DNA from: an uncultured Verrucomicrobiae bacterium | GTDB lineage: Bacteria > Verrucomicrobiota > Verrucomicrobiia > Chthoniobacterales > UBA10450 | Assembly: GCA_963726745.1 (NCBI GenBank) | Contig: CAVSDR010000006.1 | Coordinates: 768,001 to 832,000, forward strand | DNA length: 64,000 nucleotides | Reading direction: 5' to 3' | Shown here: positions 30,579-40,994 of the stretch, one piece after another | Layout: every line of letters starts with the position of its first letter | How positions within the stretch are numbered: position 1 is the first letter of the stretch | The notes under the pieces: generated by a model | Seen by the model: only the letters and a program-made list of their open reading frames with translations | Database searches by the model: none | What the model was told of the DNA's origin: nothing | Program-made: the position numbers and the translations under genes

Positions 30579-31412
30579 CTAACGAATGACCCAGAGATTG
30601 CACGGAATCACGTCGGTGATCCAGGCGATCTGCGGCGGCAGTTCCGACGTCGGCGTTTTCCTTTCCGCGGGGACGACCAGGAGATCGGCCTCGACCGACT
30701 GGACAAAATCGGACGCGGCAAAACCGGTGTTGCCGCGAATGCACCGGACCTCGAGCGGAATGGCGCTTTTGCCGGCGACTTGCTCGACGAATTCCTCCAG
30801 CGCGGCCTCCTCCTCCTCGAGGCTGCGGGCGTGTTGCTGGCCTTTGGGGACCTTGGTGCGGCGCTTCGCGCGGGCCTCATCGAAAGTGGTGTAGATGCGA
30901 ATCGCGTAGAGTTTTTCGCAGCCCTCCAGTTCGGCCAGATGGAGGGTGCGGCGGAGCGCATCCGCCGTGTGCGCGGAATATTCCGGGACGAAAAACACCA
31001 TGCAGCGAAGCGGCTTCGGATCGCGCTCCGGCCGGGTGAAAAGCAAGACCGAGCACGGCGCCTCGCGCACCAGGGTGCGAGCGACATTCCCGAGAAAAGA
31101 CCGGAGGACGACCTGCTTCTCGAGCGCGCCGGCGATGATCAATTCAACCTCGTTCGCCCGCAACGCTTCCAGGATCGCCTCCGCTGGCGCACCTTGGTGG
31201 TAGTGAATCGAGGTGTCGTTAGGCAGCCCCATGGCCCGGAGCGCGCTGGCAAAACGCTCGCTGGTCTGCGCGGTCTTGCGGCCCACGAAAACAAGGTCCA
31301 GCCGGGCGTTGAGTCGGTCGCGCACCCGCTTCGCTTCCGCCAGCACCTGCTCGAAGCGCGGAGAGAAAGCGCTGGCCACGGCGATGCGCTGGTAGGGCGG
31401 CGGGAGGGTCAT
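30579..31412 (-). CDS. Universal stress protein (tandem USP domains)
   Basis: RIAVASAFS; FLGNVARTLVREAPCSVL; VIPCNLWVIR. Confidence 0.85.
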   Translation of the reverse strand: MTLPPPYQRIAVASAFSPRFEQVLAEAKRVRDRLNARLDLVFVGRKTAQTSERFASALRAMGLPNDTSIHYHQGAPAEAILEALRANEVELIIAGALEKQVVLRSFLGNVARTLVREAPCSVLLFTRPERDPKPLRCMVFFVPEYSAHTADALRRTLHLAELEGCEKLYAIRIYTTFDEARAKRRTKVPKGQQHARSLEEEEAALEEFVEQVAGKSAIPLEVRCIRGNTGFAASDFVQSVEADLLVVPAERKTPTSELPPQIAWITDVIPCNLWVIR

Positions 31413-31422
31413 GGGCGCGGGA

Positions 31423-31509
31423 AAGGTCCAACGTCCCGCGCATGCCGTCCACCGGCCAAATCGGCGGCTGCATTGAATGTTGGACGCGCGGCGCCGGACG
31501 TTGAACCTT
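31423..31509. repeat. 37-bp imperfect inverted repeat built from CGTYCAA-type heptamers
   Basis: Left arm 31423-31459 aaggtccaacgtcc...cgtccaccggccaa; right arm 31473-31509 reverse complement aaggttcaacgtcc...cgtccaacattcaa. Confidence 0.7.
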
Positions 31510-31518
31510 CTCCGCCTG

Positions 31519-32001
31519 ATGCGGCGCGCGATTTATCCCGGCAGCTTCGATCCCGTGACCCACGGCCACCTCGACGTGATCGAGCGCGCGCGGAAACTTT
31601 TCGACGAAGTGATCGTGGCGGTGGCGCACAACGACCAGAAGAAGCCGCTCTTTCCGCTGGAGCAGCGTCTGGAATTTCTCCGCAGCGCGATCAATGGGCG
31701 CGACCGTGTGCAGGTGGCTTCGTTCGACGGCTTGCTGGTTGATTTCGCGCTCAAGCAGGAGGCGATCGCGGTCATCCGCGGTTTGCGCGCCATCTCGGAT
31801 TTCGAGTTTGAATTCCAGATGGCGCTGATGAATCGCAAACTGGAGGCGCGCGTGGAAACGATCTTCCTGATGCCGAAGGAAGAATACACTTACTTAAGCT
31901 CGCGCATCGTGAAGGAGATCGCGCGTTTAGGCGGCGACATCAGCAGCTTCGTCCCGCCGCAAGTCGTCGCCGCTTTCACGAACCGGCGGTCCCAATCATG
32001 A
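31519..32001 (+). CDS. coaD: Phosphopantetheine adenylyltransferase
   Basis: AIYPGSFDPVTHGHLD, IRGLRAISDFEFE, LSSRIVKE. Confidence 0.98.
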   Translation: MRRAIYPGSFDPVTHGHLDVIERARKLFDEVIVAVAHNDQKKPLFPLEQRLEFLRSAINGRDRVQVASFDGLLVDFALKQEAIAVIRGLRAISDFEFEFQMALMNRKLEARVETIFLMPKEEYTYLSSRIVKEIARLGGDISSFVPPQVVAAFTNRRSQS

Positions 32002-32438
32002 AAGTCCACCTGCGCCAGATCCCCGAGGATGGAATGCATCTCGAGGGGGAGGAAGATTGTCCGCTGCCGGAATTGGCCGAGCAGGATGTCGCGTGCGCCG
32101 GGCCCTTGCGTTACGCGCTCGATCTCGGGATTTCCGACAACTCGCTCTGGGCCAACGGCACGCTCGCGCAGCCGGTAAAAATGACCTGCGTCTCCTGCCT
32201 GACGCGTTTTGTGCATACGATCGAGGTGCCGGCCTTTGGGATCCTGGTCGATCTCGGCGGACCCGAAGAGGTCGATCTCGAGCCGTATGTGCGGGAAGAT
32301 TTGCTCCTGAATCTGCCGGCGCACCCGCATTGCGATCAACACGGCGGGCTGGTCTGCCGGCCGCCGCAGCTACCCACGGCCTCGCCGGATGAGCCGCGCA
32401 AGCCCGATTGGAGCGCGCTCGACCAGCTGGATTTGTAA
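31998..32438 (+). CDS. yceD: YceD / DUF177 family protein
   Basis: CVSCL, DLEPYVREDLLL, HPHC, WSALDQL; downstream of coaD. Confidence 0.85.
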   Translation: MKVHLRQIPEDGMHLEGEEDCPLPELAEQDVACAGPLRYALDLGISDNSLWANGTLAQPVKMTCVSCLTRFVHTIEVPAFGILVDLGGPEEVDLEPYVREDLLLNLPAHPHCDQHGGLVCRPPQLPTASPDEPRKPDWSALDQLDL

Positions 32439-32448
32439 GGCGCGCGCT

Positions 32449-34602
32449 TCAGTGCAGGGAGTAGATTTCGATGAGGCCCACCCCGGTCGTGCCGCCGGCG
32501 CCGCGCACAATCGCGGTGTGCGGCGTGGGCGGGAGCGTGGCTACGATCGCTGACTCAAGTTCATTGGCCGGCGCGAGTGTGCTGGCAAGGATTTCCGCTT
32601 CCTGATGGCTGCGCCAGTCATCGTTGAACGCGATGCGCGTGCCGTCGCGATTAAACAATTCGACGGTCGGATCGGGGACTTTGCCGGCCAACGGCAAGGA
32701 GGGGCCGAGTGCGCGGACGAGGACTTTCTTGGGACCGGGTCCACTAATGATGAAGCCGCCGATGAGGACCTGGTCGCCGAGGCCGACCCGGCCGCGCGTG
32801 GAAAGGTTGAGCAGGTCGGGTCCGAGACGGCGATCGAGATCATATAATTCCAAGAGGCCACTGCCGGTGGCGCCATGCGCGCCGCGCAGGATGGCAGTAT
32901 AGCCGACGCCATCCGCATCCGCGGGCAACCGGGCGAGGATGGCGGCTTCGTTCGCGGAGGCGGGCGCGAGACCGGTGTCGATGATTTCCTGCTGGTTGGT
33001 GTTCGCGTCCCAATTGTCGTTCGTCGCGATAAGGGCGCCGGTGCGATCGTGCAATTCGAGCACGGGATCGGCGAGCCCGTCGCTGATCCCGCTCGCGCCT
33101 AACGAGGGTCCGAGAGCACGCAAGAGGACGCGTTTCGGCGACTGGCCGCGGATAATAAATCCACTGATGGCCACGTCGTCGCCGGTGCCGACCTGGACGC
33201 GCGCAGAAACGTTCGCCAGCTGCGTCCCCCCCGGGGCCGGCGGATATTGCGCAATGAACTGGCTGCGCGTGCCCGGCCAGATGGTGTTCGCGGACGGGGC
33301 GGTATCCTGCACGCCCGTCAGCATCAGGCGATAGCTCTCGTTAGGCAGGAGCGGCGAAACCGTCAGGAGGACGGTGTCGGGTTCGGGGCCGAGGGCGGCT
33401 GCGGAGACGGTGGCACCGCGGTCGAGGGCGTAGTTCGAGGCGCTGGCCGCCGTTCCCGGATCCACGTGGCTATTGAAGCGGACGAGGAGATGGGAGGTGT
33501 CCTCGAAGAGGAAAACCGAGAGCACTTCCAGCGGGCTGGCGATCCATTGCCGCAACGCTCGCATGGCGGTTTCGTGGACGACGTTTTTCGCCAGAGGCGG
33601 CATTTTGAATTGATCGAGCGCATTGTCCCTTTGGTGCAGGGGGGAGCCGGCGAGATCGCGAAACTTCACATAAGAATTGAGCAGGTTTTGATTTTCGAGC
33701 GGGGTGTTAAAACGGCCGTCGTAGCCCGGGCCGAAACCGCCCGGTCGATGGCAGTGCGAACAGTTCGCGTCGATCCACGAGCGCATGCGGTGCTGCACGG
33801 TGGCCGTCGGGTCGCTGACCGCAACGGCACGGGGATAGGTCGCGAAATTTTCCTCCCTAAGCGCAGGGTTGAAGAGGCCGAGATGGTTCAGCGTGCGCAA
33901 TTGATTGTCCGTCCGTCCGGTCGACGGGTAAGTGAAATTCCCATTCAACTGATGCGTCTTCGGCCCGAGGACGTAATTCGCCTGCTGGTTATGGCAGAAG
34001 AGACAATCGGCCCGGCTCGGATAGGAGTAACGTTGCAGGCGCGTGACTCCGGACGCGTTGGTGATCGCGATGTCCTCTTCAAAGCCGCCGGGCAGCAGGT
34101 CCGCGTCGCTTTCGTCCGGGCGCCACTTGTAGGTCACGCCGTAGACCGCGCCTTCGGCATTGCGCACGAGAAGGCGCGTCTCGAGCCGTTTCCGTGCGCC
34201 CGTCGCTTCATCCACGATCAGCTCGAAGTGCTTCACGAAGACGGTGCCGTTAGGGAAGGTCCATTCGCCCATGGGCACGAAGTTAATTTGCTCTGCCGGT
34301 GTGTAGGGCGCCCCGTCGTTCGGGACCGCCATCCAGCGGGTTTTGAGCGCACCATCCGACCAGAGCGGCGAGTTTACCGTGAAAGGAACCAGCGCATCGA
34401 TCGGTGTGAGCGTTGATAAATCCCGGAAAGCGCCGGTCGCGGAGAGAACGGGCGGGAAAGCGAACGCGCCGCTCATCGGCGGCAGACGGTTATTCAAATA
34501 CGGGCCGATGGGCGCGCGCCCATCGAGACCGGGAGGCGCCTGCGCGCAAGCCACGGAGGCGAGCCACACGCTCGCGCAGCCGCAAAGAAATGCTCGCCCC
34601 AT
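32449..34602 (-). CDS. Secreted diheme c-type cytochrome (SO2930-like) with Ig-like domain and two C-terminal NISTR-type repeats
   Basis: LSATGAF, NSPLWSDGALKTRW, FPNGTVFVKHF, LETRLL; CLFCH and CSHCH; MPP; LANVSAR and LLNLSTR repeats. Confidence 0.85.
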   Translation of the reverse strand: MGRAFLCGCASVWLASVACAQAPPGLDGRAPIGPYLNNRLPPMSGAFAFPPVLSATGAFRDLSTLTPIDALVPFTVNSPLWSDGALKTRWMAVPNDGAPYTPAEQINFVPMGEWTFPNGTVFVKHFELIVDEATGARKRLETRLLVRNAEGAVYGVTYKWRPDESDADLLPGGFEEDIAITNASGVTRLQRYSYPSRADCLFCHNQQANYVLGPKTHQLNGNFTYPSTGRTDNQLRTLNHLGLFNPALREENFATYPRAVAVSDPTATVQHRMRSWIDANCSHCHRPGGFGPGYDGRFNTPLENQNLLNSYVKFRDLAGSPLHQRDNALDQFKMPPLAKNVVHETAMRALRQWIASPLEVLSVFLFEDTSHLLVRFNSHVDPGTAASASNYALDRGATVSAAALGPEPDTVLLTVSPLLPNESYRLMLTGVQDTAPSANTIWPGTRSQFIAQYPPAPGGTQLANVSARVQVGTGDDVAISGFIIRGQSPKRVLLRALGPSLGASGISDGLADPVLELHDRTGALIATNDNWDANTNQQEIIDTGLAPASANEAAILARLPADADGVGYTAILRGAHGATGSGLLELYDLDRRLGPDLLNLSTRGRVGLGDQVLIGGFIISGPGPKKVLVRALGPSLPLAGKVPDPTVELFNRDGTRIAFNDDWRSHQEAEILASTLAPANELESAIVATLPPTPHTAIVRGAGGTTGVGLIEIYSLH

Positions 34603-34613
34603 GAAGGTGCGGA

Positions 34614-35784
34614 CTAATTCAGCGAATACACTTCCACCGTGGCCACACCGGTGGTGCGGTTTTTACCGCGCACAATGGCGGTGCGCGGACCCGGAGGAAG
34701 CGTCACGACAATGGCCGCCTCCAGGTTATTGGGAGGCGGGACCGTGCTGGCGATGATCTCCGCTTCCTGGTCGCTCCGCCAGTCGTCGTTCATCGCCATG
34801 CGGGCTCCGTTGCCATCGAAAAGCTCGAGCACCGGATCACCCAGGCCGCCGGCCACCGGTAAGGACGGGCCCAGCGCCCTCACGAGCACCTTCTTCGTGC
34901 CGCTGCCGCTGATGATGAAGCCGCCGATCATGACGTTGTCATCGGTCTGGACAAAGCCACGGCTGGAGATATTCGCGAGCGCAGCGTCACCAGTCACATC
35001 CAGTTCATACACTTCCACGGATGCGACCCCCGTGGTCCGTCCAACGCCGCGCACGATCGCGGTGTAGCCCGTCCGGTTGGAGGGCAGGGTCGTGAGGATG
35101 GCCGCCTCGAGGTTGTTTGTGGGGGCGACGGTGCTGTCGATGATTTCCTGGCGATTCGGCGCGTCCATCCAGTTGTCGTTCGTGGCGATGGAACCACTCG
35201 GGCCGACCAGCTCCAAGGTGGGATCCGCCATGCTTCCGGCCACGCCGAGCGACGGACCGCGGGTGCGGACGAGCAGGCGTTTTGCCTGCGTGCCCGTGAT
35301 GATGAAGCCCCCGATGAGGACGTTGTCGTCCGTCTGCACGGAGAGGCGCGTGGAAATATTCCCGAGCACGGGAGAACGCGGCGTGACCTCGGCGACGGTG
35401 ATCTGGCCGGTCATGCCCATGCTCAGATGGGGCCGGCAATAATAATCGAACGTGCCGGCGTTATTAAAAGTATACGAAAAAGTGAAGGGCGAACGCACGG
35501 TGCCGGAATCAAAAAGCCCATCGGGAGTGCCGTCTTTCCCGGAGGTGACACTGTGGAAAAATCCATTTTGTGCCCAGGTCCACGTGACGGTATCGCCGCG
35601 TTGGATGGAAAGCTGCCCAGGATCGAACGATGGACTGTCGCCACCGACAGCCACATTGAAGGTGGCCGCCGGTGATCGTCCCGCTGGTCGCGATAATGAG
35701 GCCTGCGGCGAGGATAGAAAGACGAAGCCACCGGTCGAAATAACCAGCTGGTCCACTCGTCACGACCGGGTTTTTTGTTCTCAT
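34614..35784 (-). CDS. Secreted plastocyanin/azurin-type cupredoxin with two C-terminal NISTR repeats (frameshift near 35670)
   Basis: Signal peptide in ORF 35509..35784; GDTVTW, HSVTS, YYCRPHLSMGMTG (type-1 Cu ligands); LGNISTR and LANISSR repeats. Confidence 0.88.
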
Positions 35785-35905
35785 ATTGCTCGCCTTTCCT
35801 GTTGGGTTTGTCCTGCCTGTTGCTATTTTAAGGTGGAGCGCACTCGGCCGCTCGCGGTTACAGGCGACTTTCTCCGCGCTGGCTGTGAAAGTCCTTAAGC
35901 CCTCG

Positions 35906-35935
35906 CTGAATTTCCCTGAAATTTCCTGAACTCCC
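35906..35935 (+). promoter_or_regulatory. Three 10-bp direct repeats, putative OmpR/ToxR-type operator
   Basis: ctgaatttcc-ctgaaatttc-ctgaactccc; CTGAA at 35906, 35916, 35926. Confidence 0.65.
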
Positions 35936-38135
35936 GTGATGAACGCTCGGCCTGCCCCCGTTTATGAGTTCGGCGATTTCCGGTTAGACTTGGGCCGTCG
36001 CCTTTTGTGGCGAGACGGCGCGCCCGTCTCGCTCACTCCGCGAGTCTTCGAGACTCTGCTCTATCTGCTCGAGCATCAGGGCACCGTGCTCGACAAAGAG
36101 CGCCTCATGGAAGCGATCTGGCCGGACACGATCGTCGAAGAAAATAATCTTACCCAGAACATCTCGACCCTGCGTCGCATCTTTGGAGAGACGCCGGGAG
36201 CACATCGCTTCATCGTCACCGTGCCGGGCCGCGGTTACCGCTTTGTCGCCGAAGTCAGGACGGTCGATAAAGCGATAGAGCCGCCGGAGCCGCGCGCCGA
36301 ACCGGCAGCGATCGGCCCGCAACCAGTGGCCAAAGCCTTGCCGACCGAGGCGAAGCCGGCGACTGGGAGGGCGGTCGGCTCGATCGCTGCGGCGGCCGTC
36401 GTCCTGCTGCTTGGCGCCTCCGCCTTCTTTTGGTGGCGCCATCCCGCGAGCCTCCCCGCCCCTTCACTTTCGCCAGGCAAAAGCATCGCCGTGCTCCCTT
36501 TCGAAAACCTCAGCCGCGATCCGGAGAATGCGTATTTCGCGGCCGGGTATGCAGGACGAAATCCTCTCAAACCTCGCGAAGATTTCCGCCTTGAAAGTGA
36601 TCAGCCGCACCTCGGCCAATCTCTACAAAACCGGCAGCCCGCGAAACGCGCGCGAGATTGGCCAACAACTCGGCGTGGCCCATTTGCTCGAAGGGAGCGT
36701 GCAGCGCGCGGGTGACCGGGTGCGGGTAAACGCGCAGCTTATTGATACGCGCACCGACACGCATCTTTGGGCGCAAAGCTACGACCGCCAGCTGGCCGAC
36801 GTCTTCGCCATCCAGGCGGAAATCGCGCAGACGATCGCCGCGCAGTTGCAAGCGCAAATCTCCCCGCGGGAAAAAGCTGCGATCGCACAGGCACCCACTA
36901 CAGACCTCGTCGCCAACGCACTTTATGCGCAGGCGATGAGTGCCGAATCCGAACCCGACCAGCAGCAGGCGGCCCTGCGAGCCGTGCGTCTGCTCGAGGA
37001 AGCGGTCGCGCGCGATCCGCACTTCCTCCTCGCGTACTGCGCGCTGAGTCAGATGCATCTCTCGCTTTACTTTGGCGGCCACGATCATACGCCAGCCCGG
37101 CGCGAACTGGCCCATGCAGCGATTGAAAATGCCGCCCGCATCCAACTCGATGCCGGCGAAGTGCATCTGGCCCGCGCACAGTATTGGCTGCACGGCTTCC
37201 GCGAGTACGAACGTGCGCGCCGAGAACTGGACATCGCTCGCCAGAGCTTGCCGAACCATCCGAAAATCTATTTCTGGAGCGCCGTGATCGACCGCCGGCA
37301 GGGCCAATGGGAAGCCGCGATCGAAAACGGCATGCGCGCGGTCGAGCTGGATCCTCGCAACGTTGAGTTCATCAACCTGGCCGCCGGCACCTATGAACGG
37401 CTGCGACGTTATCCCGAAGCGGCCCAGCTCTACGAGCGCGCCGCGGCAGTCGCGCCCCAAGACTTTTTCGCGCGTATCTTTCGCGCGTCATTACCGCTCC
37501 ACCTGCGCGCCGATTTTCATCCTCTGCGCGCCGAACTCGAGGCCGTGCTCAGGGAAAAGCCCTCGGCTGCGCCCGGCATGGCCGACATGCTCTTCTATTG
37601 CGCAGTAATCGAGCGTGACCCTGCCGCCGCCGCTCGTGCGCTGACGATGATACCCCTGGGAGGAATGGCCGCGGGCCACCAATTCATCTGGCCGCGCGAA
37701 TGGTTTGAGGGCGTCGCGGCGCGCACCTTTAATGATCCAGTGGCCGCGCGCACCGCTTTCACCGCCGCGCGCGCGATCCTCGAGAAAGCGGTGCGCGAAT
37801 CACCCGACTACGCGGATGGTTGGAGTCTGCTCAGCCGCATCGACGGGGCGCTGGGTCGGAAGGAAGAAGCGATCGCTGAAGGCCTTCGCGCCTGCGAATT
37901 GTTGCCCTTGTTCACCGACGCCTGGTTCGGAGCCTGGCCGGTGCGGAACCTGGCTTGGACCTACGCGTGGGTGGGAGAAAAAGACCGCGCGCTCGAACAA
38001 CTGGAGATATTGCAGCGCGAGGGCGGCATCCATTACGGCGAGTTAATCTTGAATCCGGAGTGGGATTCGCTCCGCGATGAGCCTCGCTTCAAAGAAATCC
38101 TCGCAGCGCTCGCGCCGAAAGAGCACGGCGACTGA
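35936..38135 (+). CDS. CadC/ToxR-like winged-helix regulator: wHTH-TM-TolB-like-TPR (frameshift near 36546)
   Basis: YEFGDFRLD, WPDTIVEENNLTQNISTLR, TVPGRGYRF; TM; SIAVLPFENLS...YFAAG/MQDEIL; TPR region; PEWDSLRDEPRF. Confidence 0.9.
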
Positions 38136-38220
38136 ACCGTCGGCGGCCGCGAAGCGCACTTGCCAAAGGCGAAACGCGAATTTGCGGTTTCGCGATTCCC
38201 TGCTTTCCTATTCGGCTCTT

Positions 38221-38400
38221 ATGGGAGTCCCAAAACGCAAAACATCCAAGATGCGCCTGCGCACGCGCAAGGCTTCGCATCGTTGGGAAGCCCCGCAGCT
38301 CAACAAGTGCCCACAGTGCAGCAGCACGGTGCGTTCGCACACGGCCTGCCCTTCGTGCGGCTATTACAAGGGCCGCCAGGTCCTGACGGTCGAAGCCTAG
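38221..38400 (+). CDS. rpmF: 50S ribosomal protein L32
   Basis: MGVPKRKTSK...CPQC...HTACPSCGYYKGRQV. Confidence 0.98.
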   Translation: MGVPKRKTSKMRLRTRKASHRWEAPQLNKCPQCSSTVRSHTACPSCGYYKGRQVLTVEA

Positions 38401-38523
38401 TTCTCGCCGGCACGTGCGCTTTCGCCTTCGCTTGCACCCCGGCGGTGTGAGCGTGCCGCACGCCCGCGCCGAAGCCGCTGGAGGGTTGCATTCCCTGCGC
38501 GACACTCGCAGACTCCCGCACCA

Positions 38524-39557
38524 GTGAAAATCGCACTCGATGCCATGGGCGGCGATTTCGGGCCGCCCAATCTCGTGGGCGGCGCGGTCATGGCCCTGCG
38601 GGAATACCCGCGCATCGACCAGCTCTTCCTCGTGGGCGATACCGCGCAGATCGAGGGCGAACTGAAAAAGCTCGGCTGCAATGATCGCCGGATCGAGATC
38701 GTCCATTCCACCCAGGTGGTCGAGATGTCGGACAAAGCGGTCGAGTCCGTCCGCCGCAAGAAAGATTCCTCGATCAGCCGCGCCGTTGATCTGGTGAAAC
38801 AAAAGCAGGCCGAGGCCGTGGTCAGCGCCGGGCCACACCGGTGCCGCCGTGGCCGCGACCACGATCAAACTTCGCACCCTCCCAGGCGTGGAACGCCCGG
38901 GCATTGCCTCGATCATTCCTACGGAGAGCAACCTTTTCGTGCTCATCGACGCCGGCGCGAACGTCGATCCCCGCCCGATGCATCTCCTGCAATACGGCAT
39001 CATGGGCTCGGTTTATTCGCGCCATGTCCTTGGCTACAAAACGCCGTCTATCGGGCTGATGTCGATCGGCGAAGAGGACGTGAAAGGGAGCGATTTCACC
39101 AAGGAAGTCTTCAAGATGCTCAAGCAGAGCGCGCTGAATTTTCGCGGCAACATCGAGGGGCACGATCTTTTCGCGCACCCGGTTGAGGTCGTCGTATGCG
39201 ACGGCTTTGTCGGCAACGTCATCCTCAAAACCTGCGAGTCGGTGGGCGACGCGATCTTCAAATGGCTCAAGCACGAGCTGACGAAAAACAAGATCCGCAT
39301 GGCCGGCGCGTACCTCGCGCAGTCGGCCTTCAAGACCATCCGCAAAAAAGTGAACTACGAGGAATACGGCGGCTCGCCGCTTGCTGGGCGTGAACGGCAT
39401 TTGCATCATCGCGCACGGCGCGAGCACGCCGCTGGCGATCAAGAATGCGCTCCGCGTTGCGGCCGAGTCGATTGAACACGAAGTGAACCCGCATATCGTC
39501 GAGGAGATTCGCCGCTACCATGAAACGACAGCCCCGCTCGAGCCCGCGCTCCGCTAG
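38524..39557 (+). CDS. plsX: Phosphate acyltransferase PlsX (two frameshifts)
   Basis: IALDAMGGD, VSAG/HTG, GVERPG, DAGAN, GNIEG, VCDGFVGN, YGGSPL/LGVNG...HG. Confidence 0.95.
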
Positions 39558-40545
39558 ACCCGGGCGCTCCGTTTCGATCGTCGGCACCGGCTCTTACGTC
39601 CCGGAGCGGATTCTTTCGAACGAAGACCTCTCGAAAATCGTCGACACGACCGACGAGTGGATCACCACCCGCACCGGGATCAAACAGCGCCGCATCGCCG
39701 CGGCCGACGAACAGACGAGCGACATGGCCACGAAGGCTGCGCTCGCCGCGATGGAGCAGGCCGGCGTGACCGCGGGCGAGATCGATCTCATCCTCGTGGC
39801 CACGGCCACGCCGGACATGATGTTTCCCGCGACCGCTTGCTTCGTGCAGGCGAAAATCGGCGCGAAGAAAGCCGCCTGCCTCGATGTCTCCGCGGCTTGC
39901 GCGGGCTTCCTTTTTGCCGTCGAGATCGGGCAGCAATTCATCACCTCGCACACCTACGACACCGTGCTCGTGATCGGCGCGGAGAAGCTCAGCTCGATCA
40001 CGAATTGGACTGATCGGAACACCTGCGTGCTCTTCGGCGACGGCGCCGGTGCGGTCATTCTGCGCCACCGCGATGCCAGCAGCCACGGCGTGATCAGCAC
40101 TCACATCGGGAGCGACGGAAATTTTGCCGACATTCTCTACATGCCGGGTGGCGGCAGCCGCACCCCGCTGACCGCGGAGAACGTGGGCGACAACCTGCAG
40201 ACGATCCACATGTCCGGGAAGGACGTCTACAAGCAGGCGGTCATCTCCATGCTCGCGGCCGCGAACAAGGCGCTCGAGACCGCCGGTCTAACGACCGATG
40301 ACATCGCCTGCGTGATTCCGCACCAGGCGAACCTGCGCATCATCGAGGCCATCGGTGAACGGCTCAAAATTCCCAAGGACCGCGTCTTCGTGAACGTGGA
40401 CAAATACGGGAACACTTCCGCCGCGGCGGTGGCGATTGCGCTCGATGAGGCAAATCGCAGCGGCCGGATCAAACAGGGCGATTACGTCTTGCTGATTGTT
40501 TTTGGCGGCGGGCTCACCTGGGCCAGCAGCGTGATGGAGTGGTAG
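39520..40545 (+). CDS. fabH: Beta-ketoacyl-ACP synthase III
   Basis: DVSAACAGF, LFGDGAGA, IPHQANLRI, YGNTSAA, FGGGLTW. Confidence 0.98.
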   Translation: MKRQPRSSPRSARPGRSVSIVGTGSYVPERILSNEDLSKIVDTTDEWITTRTGIKQRRIAAADEQTSDMATKAALAAMEQAGVTAGEIDLILVATATPDMMFPATACFVQAKIGAKKAACLDVSAACAGFLFAVEIGQQFITSHTYDTVLVIGAEKLSSITNWTDRNTCVLFGDGAGAVILRHRDASSHGVISTHIGSDGNFADILYMPGGGSRTPLTAENVGDNLQTIHMSGKDVYKQAVISMLAAANKALETAGLTTDDIACVIPHQANLRIIEAIGERLKIPKDRVFVNVDKYGNTSAAAVAIALDEANRSGRIKQGDYVLLIVFGGGLTWASSVMEW

Positions 40546-40574
40546 CGCCGCTCCGTTGCGCGCCGCCCTCGCGT

Positions 40575-40913
40575 CTAACGAAGATGCGCCGACTTCTCCG
40601 CCAGGTCTTTTTCCAGCCGCGCGCACATCAGGTCACAGAGCTCCATGATCTGCGGATCGGAGATGAAGTAGAAGGCGTTCACGCCCTGCTTTCTCCGGTC
40701 GACCATTCCCACCTCCATGAGGATGCCGAGATGCTTCGAGACGTTCCCCTGGCTCAGGCCGGTGAGGCCCACAAGCGCGGTGACGTTTTGCTCGCCCTGT
40801 TCAAGCGCAACCAGGAGTGCCAGGCGCGCCGGTTCGCTTAAAACCTGGAAGCGCCGCGCGACCATTTGCAGGCCGCGGGCCGAGAGGCGCGGTTTACTGG
40901 ATTTTCGGGGCAT
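40575..40913 (-). CDS. ArsR/SmtB-family repressor with C-terminal CxxxC
   Basis: FQVLSEPARL, SQGNVSKHL, RRKQG, ELCDLMC; divergent from the sulfur operon. Confidence 0.92.
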   Translation of the reverse strand: MPRKSSKPRLSARGLQMVARRFQVLSEPARLALLVALEQGEQNVTALVGLTGLSQGNVSKHLGILMEVGMVDRRKQGVNAFYFISDPQIMELCDLMCARLEKDLAEKSAHLR

Positions 40914-40940
40914 GACAAAAGAAGACGGCCGGTTTATACT

Positions 40941-40958
40941 ACTATATCGATATATAGT
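40941..40958. promoter_or_regulatory. AT-rich palindrome, putative ArsR operator
   Basis: actatat-cgat-atatagt, containing the perfect palindrome tatatcgatata, in the short divergent intergenic region. Confidence 0.6.
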
Positions 40959-40994
40959 CGAGGAACGGCCGCCCGTCCTTCCATTCACCAACCC

